Under the pieces are notes generated by a model. It did no database searches, was not told the DNA's origin, and saw only the letters and a list, made by a program, of their open reading frames with translations. 64,000 nt of DNA from Zygnema circumcarinatum SAG 698-1b (taxonomy: Eukaryota; Plantae; Zygnematophyceae), in the NCBI GenBank assembly GCA_037447605.1, contig CM074810.1:434001-498000 (forward strand). Direction: 5' to 3'. Position numbers and translations under genes: made by a program. Shown here one piece after another: positions 1-19,170 of the stretch (within the stretch, counting starts at the first letter, position 1; every line of letters begins with the position of its first letter).

Positions 1-1222
1 GGGCTTCGGGGTTTAGGGTTCAGGGTTTTAGGGAGATCGGAAGGGATCAGTGGGGGGATCGGCGGAGGATGAGGAATATTCCCTCCCGTTTTATGGGATG
101 AATGCCAGAAGCGGCACATGGAACGGATATTCTATAAAAAAAACAGTTTAACGGAGCTGGAGGCAGTCAGCTGCATGGAACACGGCATGGAACAGTGAGT
201 TGACGGTTCGGAGGTTGCGGCCTTTCGTCCTCATAGGGCTATCTCATCTCGATATTATCACGATATTGTCTCGATATTATCACGATATTGTCTCGATATT
301 AGTGGTAATGTTATCTCGATACTGTCTCAATATTTTTAAATGTGTATCTCAGCACATTCAGACAAAGAGGACTTCAAAAGATCAATGCTAATTCATGTTA
401 CCTTTTTAAAAAAAAGAGGGGTTGAGAGAGAGAGCGAGAGGGAGAGAGAGAGAGAGAGAGAGAGACAACAGTCAAACGTCCCCCCTCAGACTTGACAGAG
501 GAGAACGACGAGCTTTCTTGAACTCCAACCGAAGTGTCGGTGAACTTCCTTTCATAAACAACTGCATCGACAATTTCTTGACAGTTTTATAAACGAGTGT
601 TGTGTCCAATCTAAGAAGCTGTTGCATTACGGGACCAGCGATCCTCGCAATTCAGCACCTTCGATTTTTTAAATCCATCCATCCATGAATTCCAGCTTCG
701 TTTACTCATCTTATAAGCAAAATGGAAAATTGATTGAATTCACATTTGAAGATTAAGCACAACGGAAGAAGCAAGCAACAATTGAAGCTCAAAATATAAA
801 AGAAATGTAGAACCAGCACACTCTTTGCAGTTGTAAGGCGAATACTCGTAAGGAAACGACTCGTTCATGCACTGAAATTGGTTTGAAGTACACGACAACA
901 AAGCATGAGCTCTGCTGAATCCGAGCATGAGAAACATTCCGGAACCAATAAACTCAATGGTCCTGTTTGGATGCTTGCAGTAGTCTCCACACCATTTCTA
1001 CCTGTAAGCCTGTCTCTGCTTAATCACAATATATACCCTCCTAGTTTCTGCCAATAACATTGATTTCAGTAAATCACCAAAAAGAAGATAAGGTGGATCC
1101 ATATGCAGGGTCTCAAATTGAGCCCCTCTGCGCCTCAGACTGCAGCTACTGATACAATGCTGCTGTTACAACAAACAAGAAAAAAATGAAATAATCTGCA
1201 TGTGCCATACGTAAAGCACATC

Positions 1223-2176
1223 TCAAACCGACTTGAAAAAGGATATCAGCCACGGTAGCGATATGATAAGCAGAACCACGAGTATCGCAACGCAGATCAT
1301 CACTCCATACCTCTGCCATTTCCTCGTATTCTTTCTGATCACTACCGCCTTCTCCAGCTTACTTCGAGCGTCTTTTGTGTAATCGGCTGCGGCTTCCACT
1401 TGAGTTTGAATATCATTGATAAGCTCTCCTTGAGAATCGACAAGCATAGCCATGTCTTGGAAGATCTGATTAAGTTCAAGCAGCTGCTTTTTCACATTCT
1501 GCACTGCATCATGCCTCTCCTGCATTTCTGCAAGCACATCCTGAGCAGCATTTCTTCCCTGCAACTTGACCGCTCGCTGGAATATCTGCTCACTTTTACC
1601 AGTTTCAATCAACTTTTCAATCTCATTCGGATCCGCCTTTACTCCAGTTACAGTATACACTCGTCTTTCAATAGTCTCACGATATTCTGAATCCATTCTT
1701 GTTCTCAAAGCATTGAAACGATCCGTAAACTCTTTCAACTTGTATCCGAGACCTCTTGTGATATTCCTTCGATGCCTGTCTGTTGCAGATCCTCTCTCAC
1801 ACCCTGCATGCTGCACATTTTCATCATTCGCCTTCATAATATTGTCAATCTTTTTCTTTATTGCAACTGCAGAAACGTGCATCTTCTTCAAATCCGCCTG
1901 CATATCCTGCCTGAATCCATGAACAGCAGCGGCATCGACAGTGCCCTTGCTCTCGTCATATACAGCGTTCAAATCTTCGAGCAGGGAGCTTGCATATCCG
2001 ATTTCTCGTTCGATATTGCTGACGGTTTCGTTAAATTTCATCAAGTTCTGGTTGCAAAACTCCTGACTTTGAGACAAGGAATCCTCCAAATCCTCCAGGC
2101 GCCTCTCCTTTGTGAGTTCCCTGAAACCAGAGCCATGCTTCACCTGCTGCCAAGAGTGCGTGAGAAGGTTGTTCAT
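1223..2176 (-). CDS. Syntaxin, plant SYP1 family (Qa-SNARE), single exon, 317 aa
   Basis: The ORF from ATG at 2176 (MNNLLTHSW...) has a Habc region (RTRMDSEYRETIERRVYTVTG, IEKLIETGKSEQIFQRA) and a SNARE motif (EMQERHDAVQNVKKQLLELNQIFQDMAMLVDSQGELINDI) with the zero-layer Q. It ends in a C-terminal TM anchor (VMICVAILVVLLIISLPWLI). The upstream in-frame CT-repeat extension is treated as 5'UTR. Confidence 0.93.
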   Translation of the reverse strand: MNNLLTHSWQQVKHGSGFRELTKERRLEDLEDSLSQSQEFCNQNLMKFNETVSNIEREIGYASSLLEDLNAVYDESKGTVDAAAVHGFRQDMQADLKKMHVSAVAIKKKIDNIMKANDENVQHAGCERGSATDRHRRNITRGLGYKLKEFTDRFNALRTRMDSEYRETIERRVYTVTGVKADPNEIEKLIETGKSEQIFQRAVKLQGRNAAQDVLAEMQERHDAVQNVKKQLLELNQIFQDMAMLVDSQGELINDIQTQVEAAADYTKDARSKLEKAVVIRKNTRKWQRYGVMICVAILVVLLIISLPWLISFFKSV

Positions 2177-2364
2177 GGCGGCGTGGCAGAAACCCTGTGT
2201 GCGTGTGAGAAAGAGAGAAAAGAGAGCCGAAGACAGAGCGGAAGAGAGAAAGAGGGCGAAATCAAAAGGCAGGGAGGAGGGAGAGGGAGAGGGGCCGAGA
2301 GAGAGACAGAGGGAGAGAGCTGTGTGAGGGAGAGAGGAAGACAAAGCGGAAGCGCGAGAGCGGA

Positions 2365-2421
<57 letters not shown>

Positions 2422-3214
2422 GAGACAGTGGCTGCAGTTAAAAAGAGAGAGGCAGAGAGCAGCTCCAAAAAGTGACCGTTGCCCGACCGTTGGGAAGCGA
2501 GCAGGCGTATCGCATCGTATCGTATAATATCTTAAATATCGACCCGTCCAACATCGACACGTTTCGAGTACAGCTACGGTACTTTGTCGATATGGAGATA
2601 CGATACGGTACTGCAATGTGGTCATCCGTACGCTTTTCGTACGGGGTGTCAAACTTTCTAACGAAATCTTCCGAACAAAGTTTCGGTACTCCGCCGAAGC
2701 CAAAAAGCAATTTCACCAAAGTACTTGTTCTGGTCTCGAACTTGCAAACAACTTTTTAAGTCGGTCACCCCCTGTACCAATGTACCGTATCACTCGTTTC
2801 AAGTTTGCACTTCGAACTACGAATTTCGAAATCAACAACATATGGTTTTAGGGTTGTAGGGTTTGAAGAGTACCTCGTGAAAATCATAGACCACCAACAA
2901 CAACAACAACAACAAAAAACCATGTGCCAACTTGGCACATGGTTGGCACTTGGTTTCTTGTTGTTGCTTATCGCATGACCCATGTTCAGGCATCTACAAT
3001 AAAGGAAATTTCCTTAAAAACGTATATTTTGAGATTTTTCTAAGGGATTTTAAGGGATGTACTGCAAAACACCTCCGAGAATTTCTAAGTTCTAGGAAAG
3101 CCAAAACTGCACAAAGCGAAGCTGTTCAAGTGTCGGCAACGGAACGAAGAAAGCGGAAAGAGGAAGAGAATAATGTTTCTTTTTCTTTCCGCTTTTTCTT
3201 CGCATTAGGGCGCA

Positions 3215-6200
3215 CTACTCGAACACTTGTTCAGGCAAAAGGAAGCGCAGGCCCACTGCCTGCAATGCGAGGTGAATGCAATTGTGTCAGCCGTGGGGAG
3301 GGGGGAGGGNNNNNNNNNNAGGGAGGCGGAGAGATTTTACCTCCGCAAACTCCTTGTCCGAAGCGCTGTGATCCGTACGCCTCCCCGCAGCGTCTCCCAC
3401 ATAGAACGAGCTGCACAGTTCACATCCCCCTTTTAGTTCTGAAACCCGAAAACTCCACAAATTGAGATCAAAGAAATCAACACAACCTCTATCACGAATT
3501 TAACTGCAAATTGGAACATCACACATCAAATAACTTAGTCAAATTCGCACACTCTCTTGGCTCTGACCTCTCCATATTGATGGATATCCCCCCATTGAAA
3601 TGCTTCGCTAAAAGGTCCCACATTCCCGGCCCCGGTTTCCGGCAACTGTCCATTTCTCCACTTTTTGCACAAGCAATGAATATCTGCATGATCGGCATTT
3701 CTTAAAAGAAACATAAAAATGTGAAGATTTGGTTAAATTAAAATTGTTTAGTCCCTAAGGCTATAGAGCATCGCGTACTCCATCTTCCAAAACAGATGAA
3801 AATCTATAACATATCTCTATGGCAAAGGAGAGAGAGAGCAGATAGAGAGTGAGAGCGAGAGAGAGTGGGGGGGGGAAGAAAGAGAAGGAGGGGGAGTTAG
3901 CGTGGGAGATGAATGATATATACACTTCGATCTCTCTCTCTCTCCCTCTCTCTCTCTCTCCGTCTCTCTCTCCGTCTCTCTCTCCGTCCCTCTCTCTCTC
4001 TCCGTCCCTCTCTCTCTCTCCGTCCCTCTCTCTCTCTCTCCCTCTCTCTCTCTTTACTACATGAGGGCTCAAATTGATGAACTGACGGACCTGCATGGAA
4101 ACACCCACTTTGGCGATGAATCCGTTCAATCTTCCAATTTTGGAGTCGATTGCTTTTTGGCGCGCATTCACAAAGCGATCGATGTTGGCCTCGTTCGTAA
4201 AAACAACCTTTCAAACATTCCAAATTCAAGATTATGTGCATCAAAGTCTACACATTTCAAGCTCACTTACCGAGTCAGTACTCTACTTTTTTAGGGTTAA
4301 GGGCTAGAATTTACACGTAGGGTTTAAGGTTTCAGTTTGAAGGTTTCCGATTGAAGTTAAACTAGCATTAAGCTTTATTTACGTTTGTTGAAGTTTCTAT
4401 TAAAGGGTCTACTTGACCTCCCTATACACCTGCAAGTAGAAATCTTCACTTACAAGTTTGAACCCCTGTTGATGATACTCTTGCAGGCGTGACGTGACAC
4501 TAGGATACATGAGGCTCCAAGCATCAGCTCCAGGTCTGAAAAAAAAAAAAAAATAAGACAAACAGATTTCAGCTATAGACCGCCTGAATATACCACTTGC
4601 CTAATAATAATAAAAAAAAATGTAGGGCTTCAAAAAAATTCTTACCTCCGTACACTCGTGCTGACAAGGCATCCATCAAAATCAAAGGCGGCAATTTTGG
4701 CGGATGGTGATATATCCTCTCCCTGCCGAAACAGTAGTTGTGTTTATGAGCCCAAAGTTGTGCACCCTCTCTCTCTCTCTCCCTGTCTCTCATCAACCCT
4801 TATCCAAGCCTAGTCCCACCCCCAGCCCTACCCCTACCCCTACCCCTACCCCTACCCCCCCCCTCCCCCCTACCCCCTACCCCTACCCCCACCCCTACCC
4901 CTACCCCTACCCCTACCCCCACCCCCACCCCCACCCCCACCCCCACCCCCACCCCCACCCCCACCCCTACCCCTACCCCCACCCCTACCCCCACCCCTAC
5001 CCCCCCCCACCCCCACCCCCACCCTTACCCCTACCCCCACCCCTACCCCTACCCCTACCCCTACCCCTACCCCTACCCCTACCCCTACCCCTAACCCTAA
5101 CCCTAACCCTAACCCTAACCCTAACCCTAACCCTAAACCCTAGCTCAAAGCGCTAAAGGTTTGAAGTCCCCACCATCCCTTTCAGTCTCGGCTCACCTCA
5201 GAGACAATGACGGAGTGAAAAGCCTTCCATCCCTCCGGAAGCCGTGCGCCCTAAATTTCTACCAAGGGCCAGAAAAGGTAAAAATCAAGATAAAATAAAA
5301 AAATAAAGCAATAATATCTCATATGTAATAATACAAAGTAGTTAAGTTCAATTTCCAGATTTTCGCACTATTTCTATGGTATCTCTCAAATAGTGAAAGT
5401 CCAAAAGAACTAAGGCATTCTCAAAGTCTCCTCCCTTCACCTTATATGTGCTTGTCATCTGCTTCATAGAAAATTCTGAAAGCGTTTTTTCCCAGGCTGA
5501 CTTGTCGTAGGCCTCCAACTGCCATGAAAGAAAAAGAATGATTTAAGCAATAAATTAATAGTTATAAAATGTAAGTTCTCAAGAAATAGATGGATTTTCA
5601 GAGAAGAATCCTACAAGGAGCATTATAACTTTCACCAATTCTTTCTCCTTTGAAGCTTTGTCGTTTGCATACGCTGTTTATCCTTTCAAAGAGGAAACTC
5701 TGATTATGCAGGGAGGTAGAGAGAGGGAGGGAGGGAGAACAAAGGGAGGTGGAAGGCAGTGAAGGAGGGAGGGAGGCGGAAAACGGAGGAAGGGGCAGAG
5801 GAAGCGAGGGTAGGAGGGAAGGAGAAATCGAGGGAGGGAGGAAGGGAGGAGGGAGGGAGAGCAGCAGAGAGATAAAGAACTTACAGCATCAGTCTCTCTC
5901 TCTCTCTCGTCACCGCATTCTGCTCCCTCTCCTCTCTCTTCTCCCACTCTTCTCCTCTTAGAGGCGGATTCGCTGCTTTCTGGCTCCCTTTTCAAGTTTG
6001 AGTTCTCCTCCAAACTTTGCTCCATAAATACTTTTTCGGATCCCAAAATCTCCTTCAGCATATTCTTGTCAATAAGCTATGAAAAAGGACAAACAAAAAA
6101 AGCTATAAGGACTCCAAAATTGGAAGTTTGAAGTAGATGTATTGAATTGGATGACAAAATGTACCTTGAGAGAAGTGAAACCTGAAAGCTCTTCAACTTT

Positions 6201-6904
6201 GAACTTTTCCGAAGTCGGAGCAATGTTTGCATAGCACATTGTATGATACCTGCGAAGGAACACTGGTACAGAATGTCACAAAACATATCAGAAATAGAGA
6301 CACCATAGAGTAGTGAGAGACCGCTCTCCCCTCTCCCTCTCCCTCTCCCTCTCCTTCTCCCTCTCCCTCTCCCTCTCCCTCTCCCTCTCCCTCTCCCTCT
6401 CCCTCTCTCTCTCCCCCCNNNNNNNNNNTCCCTCTCCCTCTCCCTCTCCCTCTCCCTCTCTCTCTCCCCCCTCTCCCACTCCCTCTCCCCCCTCTCCCTC
6501 TCCCTCTCCCTCTCCCTCTCCCTCTCCCCCCTCCGCCCTCACCCCTCCTCCCTCCCCTCTCCCTCTCCCTCTCCTCTTCCTTCTCCCCCTCCCCCCTCCC
6601 TTCCTGCCCTCCTCCCACCGTCCCCACCTCTCCGCCTTCCTACCCCCCTTCCTCCCCGTTTCCCCTCCATCTTCCCCTCCCCTCTCCCCTCTCTTCCACT
6701 GTGAGATCTATGCTATTTAATCTCGTCTCCCCAAAAAAGTAAAAATTAAGAAACTAAAGAAGCAATTTTGTACCATCGTGTTAAGTCGAACCCGCCATCT
6801 CCTCGGCTCACTCGCCCAATTCTAACGACTCCCTTTTCGATTTTTCCGCCACATTTTTTACAGGCGGCTCTCGCAGATTTGGCGTATTCCACCGCGTCTT
6901 TCAT
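3215..6904 (-). CDS. ZDP: Polynucleotide 3'-phosphatase ZDP (PARP-type zinc finger + PNK 3'-phosphatase/HAD domain), multi-exon
   Basis: Spliced exons give a zinc finger (VEYAKSARAACKKCGGKI...RW|YHTMC; ~6773-6904 and ~6164-6249). Downstream exons give KIAAFDFDGCLVSTSV (~4650-4725), PGADAWSLMYP (~4450-4535), VVFTNEANIDR..QKAIDSKIGRLNGFI (~4090-4208), RKPGPGMWDLL (~3570-3685), SFYVGDAAGRRTDHSASDKEFA (~3340-3410) and AVGLRFLLPEQVFE* (TAG 3215-3217). An acceptor (tgcag) just upstream of ATG 6904 means an earlier exon is possible, so the start is uncertain. Confidence 0.9.
4815..5142 (+). repeat. Hexamer microsatellite grading from (CCCTAC/CCCCAC)n to telomere-like (CCCTAA)n, intronic in ZDP
   Basis: The tandem hexamers are directly visible. 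Confidence 0.9.
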
Positions 6905-8752
6905 AGCTCCCTTAACAGCCTGCATTACTCCAAAAGACAAAGAAAAAAACCTCAAATTCTATAAGAACCGTGAAGTCGTCCTCCAAAATTCTAAGGAAAG
7001 CTGAAAAGTTTGTGACAATTTTTCAAGAGCTTTAAGGGCATAAAACGGATTTAAAAATTCTGATAATTCTATAATTCTGATAGGTGGGGTCACGCACAAG
7101 GTTAGTCGAATGAGCGAGCGCTGTTTTGAGAAGATATGTGACAGAAAGCTGCATTGCTGCTTACAAGTTTGTGTGTTTCATAGGCTGAAAACTGGCGTAG
7201 CTTCTCTCCCTCTCTCACTCTCTCTCTCTCTCTCTTCTCGATCTCTCTCTTTCGCTCTCTCTCTCGCTCCCTCTCTCGCTATTTCCCTCTCTTTAGCCCT
7301 CTACTCTGTCGCACTCTATTCCTCTCTTTTTCTCTCCCTCTCTCCCTTTCTCTCTACTTTTCGTTCTCCCTCTTATTTTTCCTTACTCCCTTCTTTCCCT
7401 CTTCACGGTGACCCCTCCCTCCCCTCGCCCTCTTTCCTCCTCCCTTTCTCCCTCTCCCTCCTTGCCTCCCTCTCTCATTCACTCTTCCTCTCCTTCGCCT
7501 CTCTCTTCCCACGTCCACGCCCTCCTTCACTATTTCTTCCTCCCTCTCTATCCCCTCTCACTCGCTTCCGCTCTCTCCCTCTTCCTCCCCCTCTCCCTCT
7601 CGTTTCTCTCACTCTAATCTCGCTCGGGCGTCGAATCCACGCATTCCCTCCCTTGCTTCATCTCTATGCCAAACAGTTTCTGTGGCTGCAAGGTCGCAAG
7701 GAACTTCATAACAGTGCATATACCATAGTCTGGCCAACCCGTCGAGGAATACTGCGGCTACATGTGAGAAATCTGACCACTTTCAGTAGCATTGAAACCA
7801 CGCGTGATCAGCACTGAGCACGACGGGTCCTCTATAGACACATGCAGGCAAACATGGATGAATGCATGCATGCATGTGATGATGCTTGATGCTTGACGGT
7901 CTTTTCATTTCTTTATTTTTATATCCAAAGCAGGCGGGACAGCCAAAATGGGAGGGCAATTTTTTCAAAAAAGGGAGGGGGGGGGGGGGGTGTGCAGTAT
8001 CATTCTCCATTTTTATTTGTACTTGCCTTTTAGTGGGGCCACTTTTTACTTTCCGCACCGACTGCTAAGTGCAAGGTAATGAATACCTTCAAAGGAGCTC
8101 TTCACAACCCGGTCCTAATAAAGTGGGGAGGCTCAGACTTAAAAGAAAGTTCCACTCTCAGAATTCGAAAATGAGCACATTCTGAAAGCAGGTAAACTCA
8201 ATTTTTTTCCTTGAAAATTATCGATTTTATCAACCTCTCAAACCCTTTATTGAACGCATTTTCAACCTCATAACATTAATTCTCTTTCATGTTTTTTGGA
8301 GCACCCACACTACTCATTTGAAAACATCTTATTATTGAGCTCACTTTCGATTGAATGGCCTCCCTGTCCCCCAAAAAATCCCATTTTCGATATTTTTTTC
8401 CGGAGTAAAATTTTAACCAAAATATTGACATAGAGCTGGCACCTATCGAACAGTCAAAACGGCTTTTGGAGCCTACATGCATCCTGGCGCAGTTAACGTT
8501 AAAACCTAACGGACTCCGTCAAAGCTGACTGAAAACTGTCACACGTGCCCTCACCTCCAACCTACATCCCCTCCATCAGACCTATTCTAACAACCCAATT
8601 TCCAAGGTACAAACATGGATCCGTAACGCGATACAGAAACCGTAAAACAGTAACTTTCTCTCAGTTTCGTAATCATGAACTGACATAGAACCGGTGGTCA
8701 TATGTGTCCCAGTTTCAGTTTACTTCCGTCTGCTCAGAGCCTTTGTCAGCTG

Positions 8753-17360
<8,608 letters not shown>

Positions 17361-17990
17361 GGTGGCAGCGATACTATCTCTCAGTAATTAAGAAAAAGTT
17401 TATGCGGAAAAAATCGACAGTTGGCGTAAAGTTTTGAAGTCCACCCGAGAAGGAAACGAACAACTATAGGGCAGCTTGAAGCGGATCTGCATCACTATTA
17501 AAGGCTTCCTTTAGATGTACGACAGAGAGAGGAGGGAAGAAAGTGAGGGAGAGCGAGAGAGGGAGAGGGAGAACGAGGGGGAGGGAGGGCGAGAGGGAGA
17601 GGGAGAGAGGGGGAGAGAGAGTGGAGGAGTGTGTGTGGGGAGTGAGAATCACATGTGAAAGGGTATCCCATTTTTAACACATTTGAATGTACCGTTTGAA
17701 TCTGATGTCTTCACTGCAAAGTGCATTCTATCAAAATATGCAAGACCTAAGAATCCTCTGCATCCTGGAGAATGAGGGGAATGGAAGGAAATTACGAAGG
17801 GAAGGAGAGAGATGGGAAGGGATTGCAGGGAAGGAGAGGGACAAGGGAGAGGGAAGGAGGGAGAGATGGAGGGAGGGAGAGAGCGGGAGGGAGGCAGGCG
17901 AGGAGAGGGGAAGAGGGGGCGGGAGAGAAACAGAGAAAGTGAGAAACAGGAAGATGGCGAGAGACGGAAAGAGAGCGAGTCCGAAACATG

Positions 17991-18021
<31 letters not shown>

Positions 18022-18926
18022 TGCTGCATCCTTACCATTCAGATGGCGAGAAAGGTGGAACATGTGCTTCCATCGCCTGTTTGCAGAGCGCCCCTTCCGC
18101 TCCTCTCCTTCTCCTTCTCCCTCACTTCCTCACCCTCTCCCTCACCCTCTCCCTCACCCTCTCTGTCTCTCCCTCTCTCCTCCTCCCTCTCTCAAAGGGA
18201 GACCGCTTCGCCTGAGCGGTTGCCGACCGCCCCCTTCAGGCCTCAGCCTTGAACAGTTCAACCTTACAGCCAGGATCCACATCACGTTTACCTCAGTGGA
18301 CAGTTAGATCCATGTGGTGAGATCTACTAGAATCCCTTTGAGGTGGATCCAATTTTCCTTGCTCCACGTCATCATAGTGGCCCTTCTTGAAGTCGGGTCA
18401 TCAACTCATCATCCAATGAAAAATTGACACGTTGAAAAAAGTCCACGTGACAAATTATGATTGGCTGATAGTCATGATTTGCGTTTGATAAACGAAGAGT
18501 TAATTTGTGTATCTTTGGATCCACCTTGGATTCAAAGGAGGAAGTCAAGGGTTCAACTTCAGACTTGCAGAGGGTAGCTGTTCAAGAAACATAAGGAAAA
18601 GGATGCAGGTTTCATGCTGCTGCTGCAAATCTGCATTGATATTTGCCAATTTGAACACAGCATTTCAGGCAGGATGTCAACATGTTGATGCTCTAAAAAG
18701 CTGAATCTAGAAAGCTTGAGTTGAAAAGCTTGATTTCAATCAATCAAGCTTTTTTCCCTCAATCTTTTGTCCAGTTTTTGGTTGATTGTGACTTGGAGTA
18801 GCTGTGCTTGAAGGCTGCAGAATCTTGACTACTGTATTGCAGACGAGAGGTGTTGGAGGGGAGAGAGGTGAGGGAGGGACAGTAGGGAGGGAGGGAGAGA
18901 GGGAGGCGCTGCTGCAGACCGAGTAG

Positions 18927-19102
18927 ATGGCCAACAGCAGGTACGAGTACGTGAAGCAGTTCGAACTGCAGGATGCGCTCCTGCCGCACTGCTGGGTAGT
19001 CATCAGGATTGATGGCCGGGCGTTCACTAAGTACGTCTCTCTCTCCCCCCCCTTTCTCTCTCTCTCTCCCCCCCCGCCCTCTCTCTCTCTCTCCCCCCCC
19101 CC

Positions 19103-19170
<68 letters not shown>

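Noticed and set aside
247-330. Short tandem repeat CTCGATATTATCACGATATTGT and its 63-aa ORF
   Set aside because: It is a simple ~22-bp repeat of about three copies with no evidence of coding or other function.
2177-2344. Hydrophobic N-terminal extension of the syntaxin ORF
   Set aside because: It is a CT-repeat 5'UTR opened by a non-ATG start; SYP1 proteins begin at the MN(N/D)LL motif.
4704-5156. Extensin-like Pro/His/Tyr-rich ORF (PYPYPHPHP...)
   Set aside because: It is the translation of an intronic hexamer microsatellite antisense to ZDP.
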